Under the pieces are notes generated by a model. That model was not told the origin of the DNA, searched no databases, and worked only from the letters and a program-made list of their open reading frames with translations. This document shows positions 8,054-17,109 of a stretch of DNA of 64,000 bases, one piece after another. This DNA comes from Nitrospirota bacterium. GTDB lineage: Bacteria > Nitrospirota > Thermodesulfovibrionia > Thermodesulfovibrionales > JdFR-88. How positions within the stretch are numbered: position 1 is the first letter of the stretch; every line of letters starts with the position of its first letter. A program made the position numbers and the translations under genes. The stretch covers positions 1,742 to 65,741 of the forward strand of contig JAKBYX010000012.1 of the NCBI GenBank assembly GCA_021840255.1, read 5' to 3'.

Positions 8054-8819
8054 GGGCTGAGGCCAGGGCCCTTGCCGCTTTATCCGAACTTCTCCCGAAT
8101 TTTATGGCCCTGGGGATGAGGTGCGGATTGGAAGCAAAGCGCCCTGCCGCCAGGCGGATGCTTATTTGTCCTTTAGTGTCTGCGATATCCATCGGGGAAA
8201 TCCCTATCTCCTCATCGGCCCTGTCCGTTATCGAGCGCAAAGCTAAAAACTCCGCCCCGCTTTTCAAGGCGGCCCCGGCCACAGGGAAGGTCTCCATGTC
8301 GCAAACGGGATATTGAAGCCCCGCAGCCGGTGAATCTTTCAAGGCGGGCTTCTCAATCCATTCCGAAAGGGTTACGATGGAGCCCCGCTTTGCGCTTTTC
8401 CCTTTCGATACTACCGCAAAAAAGTCCTTGAAGCGCGGCCCGCAAAGCCCGATACTGTCTGGGGTTGTTGGGCTGCCGGGGGGCTTTGGATGAAGGAATG
8501 CCGTTTCCGGGCATATCAACTCTCCGTATTCGGCTCCCTCGTAAAGCGCTCCGGCAAAACCCGCAGATATAACGAGCGAGGGTCTGTGCACCAGAAGGGC
8601 GCTGGCTGTGCGGACTGTGGCGTTTGCCACCCCCATGCCTGTCAAAACGATGGCTGCCTCAGTCTTCCCGGATCTGGCCAGCCAGTCGCCCTCTCCACCT
8701 GAGCGTGCGCCCAGCTCCTTTACCAGATATTTTATCTCCTGTTTCAGCGCAGCCAGGATAAGTATTTTCAAAGCCGGATGCCTTTCATAAAAATAGTTGC
8801 CTGACGGCATTAAAACCAA
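8028..8819 (-). CDS. hpnG: hopanoid-associated phosphorylase (PNP/MTAN-like, HpnG)
   Basis: 263 aa from the TTG at 8819; the ATG at 8810 is an alternative. Nucleoside-phosphorylase-like blocks ILILAALKQE, TGMGVANA, ISAGFAGAL, CDMETFPVA and SITDRADE. The 3' end overlaps the DUF422 gene tail-to-tail by 26 nt. Confidence 0.8.
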   Translation of the reverse strand: MVLMPSGNYFYERHPALKILILAALKQEIKYLVKELGARSGGEGDWLARSGKTEAAIVLTGMGVANATVRTASALLVHRPSLVISAGFAGALYEGAEYGELICPETAFLHPKPPGSPTTPDSIGLCGPRFKDFFAVVSKGKSAKRGSIVTLSEWIEKPALKDSPAAGLQYPVCDMETFPVAGAALKSGAEFLALRSITDRADEEIGISPMDIADTKGQISIRLAAGRFASNPHLIPRAIKFGRSSDKAARALASALKEFLMSL

Positions 8820-8885
8820 TCTTATCCTAATTCTTCCCGGTATTTTTTGCTACAGATTCGCCTCTGAATAAAGTAATGTAAAAAC

Positions 8886-10088
8886 ATGCGCACGGTTTCG
8901 GAAGCACTTTATATAGCGTGTTTCATTCTAGCCGCCGGAGGCGGGCTTTATACCCTTTTTTCCATTTTTTGCGTCCTAATGGCCGGGGTAAACCATAAGT
9001 CCTCTGAATCGTCTCCTGAACGGGGTTTTCCCCCTGTCTCTATTTTAAAGCCCCTGCGGGGCGCTGACTACCGCCTCAAGGAGAACCTGGCCGGCTTCTG
9101 CCGCCAGGACTATCCGGATTACGAAGTCCTGCTTGGGTTAAGGAGCACGAAAGACGGCGCTTACGGCGCTGCCCTGGAAATAGAGCGGATGTTCCCGGAG
9201 AAGGTGCGGCTGGTAGTTGGACATGGGGACCTGGGGGCCAACCGGAAGGTCTCTAACCTTTACCGGCTTTCGCAAAGCGCAAAACATGATCTTGTTGCGG
9301 TAAGCGACAGTGATATGAAGGTGGATGGTGGCTACCTTAAAACGATCGTCTCCGAGTACATGGAAAATGAGAATACCGGCCTCGTAACATCCCTCTACAG
9401 GATAACGGAACCTGTTTCCGTGGGCGCGGCTTTTGAGTCCCTCAGCATAGCCCTGGATTTTATCCCGTCCGTGCTCGTGGCGAAGGTGGTTGAGCGCAAA
9501 ATATCTTTTGGTCTCGGGGCATCCATGCTTTTTTCAAGGGAAAGGTTTGAGGAGACGGGAGGGTTCAGGGCCATAGCGGATCACCTTGCAGATGATTACC
9601 AGGTGGGGCACAGGCTATACGGGAAGGGATATGAAGTGGTCCTTTCAAAGTACGTAATGGAGGATATGGAAGGCCCAATGCGGTTTTTGGACTACCTGCT
9701 GCACCAGTTGAGATGGGCAAGGACGTACAGGGCTTCAAGGCCCAAGGGCTATATAGGCTATGGGATAACCCATTTTTTTGCCTACTGCTTTTTTCTCTCT
9801 GTCTTTTGGCCGGGAGCACTGACCTTTTCGGCCCTTGCCCTTTCGTTTTTTCTGCGTGCCCTGGGCGGGTTTGCCGTAAACAGGCGGTTCATTGGCCGGA
9901 CGGGATGGGGCCGGTGGCTTTTTCTTCTGCCAGCGAAGGACATGCTGTCTTTTGGCATCTGGCTTTTGAGTTTTGCCGGCAGGCAGGTGGCATGGAGGGG
10001 GGACATTTACAGGGTCACCAGAACCGGGGAGTTGCGCAAAATGGATAGCGAGCGTAACCCGGAGGGCAAGCGAGGCGAATCCGGTTAA
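8886..10088 (+). CDS. hpnI: hopanoid-associated GT2 glycosyltransferase (HpnI, ceramide-glucosyltransferase-like)
   Basis: 400 aa. Blocks SILKPLRGAD, FCRQDYPDYEVLLG, GANRKVSNL, SDSDMKV, HLADDYQVG and HQLRWARTYR match the HpnI family as I recall it. Confidence 0.85.
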   Translation: MRTVSEALYIACFILAAGGGLYTLFSIFCVLMAGVNHKSSESSPERGFPPVSILKPLRGADYRLKENLAGFCRQDYPDYEVLLGLRSTKDGAYGAALEIERMFPEKVRLVVGHGDLGANRKVSNLYRLSQSAKHDLVAVSDSDMKVDGGYLKTIVSEYMENENTGLVTSLYRITEPVSVGAAFESLSIALDFIPSVLVAKVVERKISFGLGASMLFSRERFEETGGFRAIADHLADDYQVGHRLYGKGYEVVLSKYVMEDMEGPMRFLDYLLHQLRWARTYRASRPKGYIGYGITHFFAYCFFLSVFWPGALTFSALALSFFLRALGGFAVNRRFIGRTGWGRWLFLLPAKDMLSFGIWLLSFAGRQVAWRGDIYRVTRTGELRKMDSERNPEGKRGESG

Positions 10089-10133
10089 ATCGGAGTAATC
10101 CCTGCATTCGATGCCCGAAGGGCATAAAAATGG
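10064..10133 (+). repeat. single copy of a ~65-70-nt repeat family (see 54068..54208)
   Basis: GGGCAAGCGAGGCGAATCC...AATCCCTGCATTCGAT, then the ATGCCC-GAA-GGGCAT hairpin (10111-10125), then AAAAATGG. The first 25 nt encode the last 7 codons and the stop of hpnI. Confidence 0.7.
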
Positions 10134-10200
10134 ATAAAACAGAAAATTCTTGATGCTTCTTAATAGTCTGGTAATATTTTTTCAATAGGAATAATATATT

Positions 10201-11538
10201 ATGTTACAAATGACCTCGTTAGAGCATATCCTTGAGAGGATTGAGGCTAAAAAAGCCGATTACGAGGCCTACAATTTCACCTATGCGGAAAGCACAGCCT
10301 TCAAGACTTTTTTCGATCTTGCCCAGGAATATGATTATTTTGAGGATTTTTACAGCCTGTGCGTTGCGATACCCAAGGGCTTTTTCGGGCTGGAGGCCAG
10401 GCTTTACGTCATAGACCCCGCTGTGGGGGATTTTCCGATGGTCGCCTCAACCGGGGAGGAAAAACCCGGTCTGCGGCCGCCCTTTGCCCCGCCCCAGGAT
10501 GGGCATGCCTACTATAGCGACAGCCTTGTGCTGAGCATCAAGGGGAAAAAGATACTTTTGGACCAGCTCCCTTTCCAGGCAAGGGACAATGTGCTAGGCC
10601 TGCTTGAGATCCATCCGGCCTCCGGGCTGGACGCGCACAAAGAGCTTTTTTTTGAAAAATTCGCGAACCGCATCGGTTTTAACATACATAACCGTTTCAT
10701 AGTCGAGAAAAATATCGAGCACCTGAAGTTCATCCGCTCTCTCGTAAGCGACATAGAGCACAACATCATAGTCCCAAATATGGTTTACAAGCTATATCTG
10801 AGGAACCTGAAGGGGCTGATCTCAAAAAACCTGGATATTGAAAAGAGGTTTGCCGAATACGAGGGGGTTGGAAAAGATGAGGAACTTTCGGCCATGATCC
10901 AGGAGATGTCCGAGATCAACCACTATCTGACGGCTGAACTCGGCAACCTGGAGAAACATTATTCGAACATGAGCCTTTTCCTTGAGACCCTGCTCAGGAG
11001 GAGCCATTTTGACAAGGGGCGGCTCACGCTCCGCACAAAACCCTGCAGGATGAAAGAGGACGTGGTCCAGCCCCAGCTCGAAAGATACGCCTCCCAGTTC
11101 AGGGACATGGGGATAACCGTCGCTGACCGTTTCAGCGGCATACCGGAGGGAGACATCATAACCGTTGTGGATGTGGGTCTCATGGCCCAGGTGTATGCGA
11201 ACCTTTTTTCAAACGCCGTGAAGTACACGGAGGAGGTGACCGACGGTTCCGGCCAGAAAAAGAAATATATTTCCTACGGCAGGCAGATCATCAGGGACTA
11301 TTTTGGGCCAGGGATGGATGGCATCAAGTACAACGTCTTCAGCACCGGCCCACATATAAAGCCGGAGGACAGGGACAAGGTATACGAAGACGGTTTCCGC
11401 GGGGCAAACGCGAAAAGCAGGCCGGGCACCGGGCACGGCCTTGCCTTTATAAAAAATATTATAGAGCTGCACGGCGGCATGGCCGGCTATGAGGCCACGC
11501 CACTAGGCAACAATTTTTATTTCATACTTCACAAGTAG
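10201..11538 (+). CDS. cytoplasmic sensor histidine kinase (GAF-like N-terminus, atypical H-box)
   Basis: 445 aa with no TM segment. HATPase_c motifs are the N-box ANLFSNAVKYT and G-boxes DGFRG / GTGHGLAFIKNIIELHGG. The putative phospho-acceptor region is SLVSDIEHNIIVPN. No response regulator is adjacent. Confidence 0.75.
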   Translation: MLQMTSLEHILERIEAKKADYEAYNFTYAESTAFKTFFDLAQEYDYFEDFYSLCVAIPKGFFGLEARLYVIDPAVGDFPMVASTGEEKPGLRPPFAPPQDGHAYYSDSLVLSIKGKKILLDQLPFQARDNVLGLLEIHPASGLDAHKELFFEKFANRIGFNIHNRFIVEKNIEHLKFIRSLVSDIEHNIIVPNMVYKLYLRNLKGLISKNLDIEKRFAEYEGVGKDEELSAMIQEMSEINHYLTAELGNLEKHYSNMSLFLETLLRRSHFDKGRLTLRTKPCRMKEDVVQPQLERYASQFRDMGITVADRFSGIPEGDIITVVDVGLMAQVYANLFSNAVKYTEEVTDGSGQKKKYISYGRQIIRDYFGPGMDGIKYNVFSTGPHIKPEDRDKVYEDGFRGANAKSRPGTGHGLAFIKNIIELHGGMAGYEATPLGNNFYFILHK

Positions 11539-12455
11539 GCTTTTTCTTTTCCGGTTTCCTGCTGATAAGCCTTCCAGGACTCGAAATGAAGGCCGGCCTC
11601 ATCCGTAAAGCTCAAATGCAGATGGCGCCACCCGAGCAGGTTTTGGGCCTTGCGGCTTTCCATGTGCTGGTCCAGGGCAAGACAGTGGGCCATACCACCC
11701 ATCTTGCCTGCGGCCTCCTGGGTTGGAATGAACCGGATATCCCCGGTGTATGAGGTGGCGCAGGCCGCGGCCGTCGCCATATCATTGACGGTGAGGCTGT
11801 AAGGGGAACAGATATTAAAGACCTCCTGCCCCAGGCCGCTTTCGGCTGCCAGAAGATAGGCCCTCGAGAGGTCCTCCACGTGCACGGTGGCCCAGTGGTT
11901 CGATCCGTCGCCTACCGCAGTGAGGGAATGTTCATTATGAGCGCCGTTAAACCACATCCCGGTGAGCCCGCCCTGCTTGCCGTAAACGTTTCCGGGCCTG
12001 ATAACTATCCCTTTGATCCCCTGTGCCCCAAGCACTGTTTTCTCCAGGTCCGGCCTGTGAGAGACGATCTCAGGAGGCGAGAGAGGCATGGTCTCGTCCA
12101 CCACGGCGCAGCCAGTATGGCCGTGGACCCATACCCCGCTTGTGTATATGACCGTTTTTGGGCAGGCCCCCCGGTTGCCCAGCCCAAGCAGTGTCTGGAC
12201 GGTTTTTCTGTCCAGCGGCTCAAAATTCTTGTAATCGGCCGAGGCGTGGACCAAAATGCTGCAGTTTGCCGCGGCCTCCGAATATTCGTCTGGCGCCTCC
12301 ATGGAGCCAATTACCGGATGTATGCCGTTTTTTATGAGTTTATGCGCTTTTGCCTTGTTGTGCACAAGTCCCCATACGTCGTATCCCGCGCTCCTGAAAG
12401 CAAGCGCCACGTTAAACCCTATATAACCGGTGGAACCTGTGATAAATACCTTCAT
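11529..12455 (-). CDS. NAD(P)-dependent epimerase/dehydratase-family SDR
   Basis: 308 aa with a Rossmann VFITGSTGYIGFNV motif and a good AAGGAGG SD upstream. The 3' end overlaps the kinase gene by 10 nt (convergent). Confidence 0.75.
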   Translation of the reverse strand: MKVFITGSTGYIGFNVALAFRSAGYDVWGLVHNKAKAHKLIKNGIHPVIGSMEAPDEYSEAAANCSILVHASADYKNFEPLDRKTVQTLLGLGNRGACPKTVIYTSGVWVHGHTGCAVVDETMPLSPPEIVSHRPDLEKTVLGAQGIKGIVIRPGNVYGKQGGLTGMWFNGAHNEHSLTAVGDGSNHWATVHVEDLSRAYLLAAESGLGQEVFNICSPYSLTVNDMATAAACATSYTGDIRFIPTQEAAGKMGGMAHCLALDQHMESRKAQNLLGWRHLHLSFTDEAGLHFESWKAYQQETGKEKAYL

Positions 12456-12680
12456 CGACGGCCTCCTTTATTTCCAGAGAAAATTGTGCCAAATGGCAAG
12501 AATTCTATTTAGCTCCATTTTATTACCCCGCTTGGCACAGTCAAATAAATATTTGGAGCAGTCAGTAAAATGGTTTGACGCCGCAAAATAAGATATGCCG
12601 GACTTGGATTTAAGCTTAAAATTTGTAAAAAAGAGATATAATCTAGGATAAATTCATATCCGCCAAGGAGCGCAACCTAT

Positions 12681-15600
12681 ATGGGCAGAAGATATCCGGC
12701 TGTTTTTTTTATGGTGCTGTTCTTGTTTTTCATCATGGAAGGGTTTTTTATGATACAAAAGACGATGGCCCAGGGGGCGGAAGAAGGTTCTTACCCAAAG
12801 TACAGCCTTTCGGTTTCTTTTGACCTTGAAAAAAACCTCCTTAACGGAGATGCGAAGATAGACCTTTCCAAGCCGGCAAACGTCTTCACCGGAGACCTGA
12901 GGATATTGTCCATGTCCCTGAACGGAAAGCCTCTTGATGAGAAACCGGCCAAAGGCCAGGTCGAGGTCAAAGAGAAAGGCCTCCTGGAAATAAAATATCA
13001 AAAGGTCTCAAGCGGCAGTTATGGATCAAACCCCGAAAATCCAGGTGTGGTGTCCGGCAGCGTTATCAGCGATAAAGGCATATCTCTTACTGGTAACTGG
13101 TACCCTTCGCTTGAAGGCCTGGCCTTCTATGATCTCAGTGCCGTTGTGCCGCCGGATTTTTCGGCAATATCCGAGGCGGACGGCATTGCCTCTGTAAAGA
13201 CGCCCGGCGGCAAACAATATATTTTCAGCTTTCCCCATCCGCTTGGGGGAATTGACCTTGTGGCGGGCCCGTATGTTGCGACCAGGTCATCGATCGGCAG
13301 CGTGGACGTTTACACCTATTTTTTCCGGCAGGACCAGGGCCTGGCAAAACAGTACCTCGATTACACGAAGAAGTATCTGGCCATGTTTGACAAGCTTCTT
13401 GTCCCTTACCCGTACAAGAGGTTTTCTGTGGTCGAAAACCTGCTGCCGACGGGCCTGTCCATGCCCACCTTCACCCTGATGGGAGGAGAGGTGCTTCGCC
13501 TGCCGTTCATTGTCAAAACGTCCCTCGGGCACGAGATAGGGCATCAGTGGTGGGGCAACTACGTTTATGCGGACTTCAGCAAGGGCAACTGGCTTGAGGC
13601 GCTCAACAGCTGGATGACAGACTACCACTTCGCCAAGATGCAGGGGAAGGGCCTCGAATACAGGAAAAAGATGCTCGCCGATTACCAGAGCTATGTAAAC
13701 GCCGGGAACGATTTCCCGCTCAGAAAGTTCTCCGAGAGGACCGGGCCCGCCTCCGCGGCCATAGGCTACGGCAAAGGCATGATGCTCTTTCATATGCTCA
13801 AAGGCATCGTCGGCAGCCCGGTCTTTTATAAATCCTTGAAAGCGCTCATAGCGCAGTACAGATGGAAAAGGGCCTCCTGGGGAAACATACAGGGGGTATT
13901 TGAGCACCAGTCCGGCAAGGACCTTGGCTGGTTCTTCAGCCAGTGGCTGGACCGCACGGGGGTCCCCGCCTTTACCGTTGAAAACGAGCAGTCCCTCGTC
14001 CTGGACGGCATGCCGCAGGTCTCTTTTGAACTCTCGCAGGATGGGGAACCTTACAGGCTCACCCTTCCGGTAAAGGTGGTCATGGGGATAAAGGAGAAGA
14101 CAGAGCCCCTGCAGCTAAAAAGCGCAAGCCACACGTTCCGGGTGATCTCTGATGAGAAGACGGCGGATGAAAGGCCGTCCGGCCTTGTCATTGACCCAGG
14201 CTGCGATGTCATGCGCCGCCTCGCCCCGGATGAGTTTGCCCCTTCCATAGCCAGGCTTTTTGGCAGCCGGAAGCGCATAGTGGCTTACCTGGCCGGCGGC
14301 AAGGAGAAATATTCCACGCTCATTGATGTTCTTTCCGGGGAAGGCTTTGCCGTTAAAGAGGCAAAGGACCTGAAAGAAGACGAAATAGAAAACTCCTCCA
14401 TCCTGGCCCTTGGTTCTGACAACCCACTTTTAAAGAGGCTTTTTGGCCGTTTGGAAAACCCGGTGAAAGGCTTTGCAATTACCGTGAAAGAAAACCCTCT
14501 TGATCCCTCCAATGTCATTGCCGTGGCCAGGGCAGCTTCAAAAGCGGAGGTGGACCAGGCCGCCGATAAGATTTCCCATTACGGTCAGTACCAGACCCTG
14601 GTGTTCGAGGGAGGCAGGAACGTTGAAAAAAAGACGGCTGAAAGCGAGGACGGGATGATGTACAAATTATCAAGCCCGGTGCCGTCGATCCGGACTTCCG
14701 GGACACTTGAGCTGGACAATGTAATAAAGACTGCCAGTTCCTCACCTGTCATATTCGTGGGGGAGCGGCATGCCAACTATGAGGATCACGAGGTTGAACT
14801 GGACGTCATAATGGCCCTCCACAAGATGGGGAAAAAGTTCGCCATAGGCATGGAAATGTTTCAGATACCCTTTCAGAAGGCCATAGATGATTTCATCTCA
14901 AGGAAAATAGATGAAAGGGAGTTTTTGAAAAAGTCGGAGTACTTCACCAGGTGGGGTTTTGATTACAACTACTACAGGCAGGTGCTGGAGTACGCCAGGG
15001 CAAACGGCATCCCTGTTATTGCGCTCAATATACAAAAGGAGATCACGGAGAAGGTGGCAAAGGGCGGTCTTGATGCCCTTTCCCCCGAGGAGTTGAAGAA
15101 AATCCCCGCAACCATGGACATGTCCAACGTCAAATACAGGAAGGAACTTGAGGAGATCTACGCGATGCATCCTCAGGGTACCGGCTTTGACAACTTCTAC
15201 CAGGCGCAGATACTTTGGGATGAGTCCATGGCGCGCTCGGTGGCCGGATTCCTGAAGAAAAAGCCTGATTACCAGATGGTTGTGCTTGCGGGCGCGGGGC
15301 ACATCATGAACGGCTACGGCATACCGGACAGGTTCGCCAGGCGCACCGGAAAGAAATATGTTACGCTGGTGAACGGCTCTTTCTCTTTCGACCCCGACAT
15401 CGCCGATTACGTCCTTTTCCCCAAGCCCCAGGCCCCCCCAGTCTCCGGCAAGCTGGGAGTTATCATTGAAAATAAGAACAAGACGGTGAAAATAACCGGT
15501 TTCACTCCGGGCAGTCCGGCCCGGAAGGCCGGGCTGTTTACAGGAGACACGATCGTTTCCATTGATGACTGGAAGGTGGGATCGGTGGCGGATGCGCGGA

Positions 15601-15704
15601 TCGCCCTTTTCGACAAGCTCCCGGGACAGACAGTCTCCGTGACAGTGGTGAGGAAAAGGTTTTTATTCGGCGGCAAGACATTGACGGTAAAAGTGATCCT
15701 TTAG
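12681..15704 (+). CDS. secreted multidomain protein: M1 gluzincin peptidase + ChaN/Tiki-like domain + C-terminal PDZ
   Basis: 1007 aa with an AGGAG SD and a hydrophobic signal-like N-terminus. HEIGH (res 284-288) plus downstream E306 (WLEA) gives the gluzincin motif. Residues ~680-900 carry VIFVGERHANYEDH, FAIGMEMF, QILWDESMA and LAGAGH, typical of the ChaN (PF04187-like) family. Residues ~922-1007 are PDZ-like (GFTPGSPARKAGLFTGDTIVSID). Confidence 0.8.
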   Translation: MGRRYPAVFFMVLFLFFIMEGFFMIQKTMAQGAEEGSYPKYSLSVSFDLEKNLLNGDAKIDLSKPANVFTGDLRILSMSLNGKPLDEKPAKGQVEVKEKGLLEIKYQKVSSGSYGSNPENPGVVSGSVISDKGISLTGNWYPSLEGLAFYDLSAVVPPDFSAISEADGIASVKTPGGKQYIFSFPHPLGGIDLVAGPYVATRSSIGSVDVYTYFFRQDQGLAKQYLDYTKKYLAMFDKLLVPYPYKRFSVVENLLPTGLSMPTFTLMGGEVLRLPFIVKTSLGHEIGHQWWGNYVYADFSKGNWLEALNSWMTDYHFAKMQGKGLEYRKKMLADYQSYVNAGNDFPLRKFSERTGPASAAIGYGKGMMLFHMLKGIVGSPVFYKSLKALIAQYRWKRASWGNIQGVFEHQSGKDLGWFFSQWLDRTGVPAFTVENEQSLVLDGMPQVSFELSQDGEPYRLTLPVKVVMGIKEKTEPLQLKSASHTFRVISDEKTADERPSGLVIDPGCDVMRRLAPDEFAPSIARLFGSRKRIVAYLAGGKEKYSTLIDVLSGEGFAVKEAKDLKEDEIENSSILALGSDNPLLKRLFGRLENPVKGFAITVKENPLDPSNVIAVARAASKAEVDQAADKISHYGQYQTLVFEGGRNVEKKTAESEDGMMYKLSSPVPSIRTSGTLELDNVIKTASSSPVIFVGERHANYEDHEVELDVIMALHKMGKKFAIGMEMFQIPFQKAIDDFISRKIDEREFLKKSEYFTRWGFDYNYYRQVLEYARANGIPVIALNIQKEITEKVAKGGLDALSPEELKKIPATMDMSNVKYRKELEEIYAMHPQGTGFDNFYQAQILWDESMARSVAGFLKKKPDYQMVVLAGAGHIMNGYGIPDRFARRTGKKYVTLVNGSFSFDPDIADYVLFPKPQAPPVSGKLGVIIENKNKTVKITGFTPGSPARKAGLFTGDTIVSIDDWKVGSVADARIALFDKLPGQTVSVTVVRKRFLFGGKTLTVKVIL

Positions 15705-15732
15705 ACCGCTTTCAGAGTGAAGAGATTTTCGT

Positions 15733-15777
15733 GCCGGGAATCCTTCTTTGAATGACCCTTCAATAAGGATTCCCGGC
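15733..15777. terminator. long perfect hairpin between convergent genes (possible bidirectional terminator)
   Basis: GCCGGGAATCCTT (15733-15745) and AAGGATTCCCGGC (15765-15777) form a perfect 13-bp stem that extends through TTGAA/TTCAA in the loop. No clear U-run on either side. Confidence 0.4.
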
Positions 15778-15834
15778 AATGCAATAGCCGGCAATATAAA
15801 ACTGGCAGCGGGGCTTAATTAAAAACGGTCTTTT

Positions 15835-16284
15835 TTACTCCGTCCCGCTTTTTACAAGCAGGACCGAGCAGGGCAGTTTCCGTATGATCTCATCCTGGTT
15901 CCTTCCGAAAAGCATATGTTCGAGTTTCCCTTCGGAGTGGGCGGCCATGATCAAAACATCTATCTGGTGTTCTTTCACAGCCTTCAGTATCTCACGAGCG
16001 GGCTCTCCAGTTGCGACTATCTCGGTTATTTTTATCCCCTGCTGTTTTTCCCCGGCTATCATTGAGACAAGCTGCCTGTGCGTGTCTTCAAGGAGTTTTT
16101 TGTACTCCTCCGCCAGGTTAGGCACGGGTACATTCCATCCCTCCAGGCCAAACGGATTGTGAACGGCGTGCATTACATAGAGGTCTGCCCCCAACTTGCG
16201 CGCCAAAGATGCCCCGTAATGAAATACTTTCGGTGAGTCTCTCTCCATCCGGCTTATCAAGAGCATCCGCTTGATCTCTTTCAT
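15835..16284 (-). CDS. universal stress protein (UspA family)
   Basis: 149 aa with typical Usp blocks (DLYVMHAV, DVLIMAAHSEGKLEHMLFG, VLLVK) and a GGGAGGA SD. Confidence 0.8.
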   Translation of the reverse strand: MKEIKRMLLISRMERDSPKVFHYGASLARKLGADLYVMHAVHNPFGLEGWNVPVPNLAEEYKKLLEDTHRQLVSMIAGEKQQGIKITEIVATGEPAREILKAVKEHQIDVLIMAAHSEGKLEHMLFGRNQDEIIRKLPCSVLLVKSGTE

Positions 16285-16462
16285 TCTGTCCTCCCGGTTC
16301 TGAATTTTCTGTAAAAGAGATAACCTATTTTGATTTCAAAGTCCAGTTTTTTCTATTGTCAATTCTTTTTATTTTTTTAGCCTTGAAATATCAGTGCGGT
16401 TTGTTTGACTATAGAAGATATCCCGGACGCATAAAAAAATCAAAAAAGGAGTTTTTCCGCCG

Positions 16463-16891
16463 ATGAAAAAGGCCCAAAAAGGCGATACCGTAAAAGTGCA
16501 CTATACGGGGAAATTCAATGACGGGACCGTCTTTGATTCCTCAAAAGGGAGGGAGCCGCTCCAGTTCACGCTGGGAAGAGGGAGCCTCATCGCCGGCTTT
16601 GAGGAGGCGGTGTCGGGGATGGCTTCGGGAGAGGCGAAGACGGTCTCCATCCAGCCTGGCAATGGATACGGCCTGCGGAGGGAAGAGCTTGTTTTCAGGG
16701 TAAAAAAAGAGAATTTCCCTCCCGCCATTGACCCTGAACCAGGCGCGATGCTGCAAATGAGGCAGCCCGACGGCGGGCTTATGGAAGTGCGGATATCCCA
16801 GGTTGCAGAAGATTTTATAGTTCTTGATGCCAATCACCCACTGGCTGGCAAAGAGCTTGTCTTCGAGATCGAGGTGGTGGAGGTGTCCTGA
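16463..16891 (+). CDS. FKBP-type peptidyl-prolyl cis-trans isomerase (SlyD-like, no His-rich tail)
   Basis: 142 aa with the blocks VKVHYTGKFNDGTVFDSS, LIAGFEEAVSGM and HPLAGKELVFEIEVVEV, plus an AAGGAG SD. Confidence 0.85.
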   Translation: MKKAQKGDTVKVHYTGKFNDGTVFDSSKGREPLQFTLGRGSLIAGFEEAVSGMASGEAKTVSIQPGNGYGLRREELVFRVKKENFPPAIDPEPGAMLQMRQPDGGLMEVRISQVAEDFIVLDANHPLAGKELVFEIEVVEVS

Positions 16892-17109
16892 AAAAAGGCC
16901 CTGCCTGGCCGCCAGGCGCAAAAATCAATGTTTGAAAAGCAAATCAAATTAAATTAAAATTTTGCCGGGGAAATCGAAATAATGTTAATCTTTTAATAGA
17001 TGTTCGAAAGTTTTTCCGGTCCGCTGCTTAGATCATGTTTTGCCCTCTGCATTGATGCAGGTCATCGCCCCTACGGATATTCGAACATGGCCCAAAAGCA
17101 GGCATCCAA

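Noticed and set aside
12533-12548. TGGCAC resembling a sigma54 -24 element in the divergent region upstream of the peptidase-fusion gene.
   Set aside because: The expected TTGC(A/T) -12 element after 5 nt is absent (the sequence there is AATAA).
17000-17088. A 9-bp inverted repeat (ATGTTCGAA / TTCGAACAT) enclosing the palindrome CTGCATTGATGCAG in the leader of the HD-GYP gene, considered as a c-di-GMP or other riboswitch.
   Set aside because: Nine-bp arms at about 70-nt spacing are expected many times by chance in 64 kb (roughly 4^-9 x 64000 x the range of spacings). I also cannot find the conserved cores of the c-di-GMP riboswitch classes. An Rfam scan would settle it.
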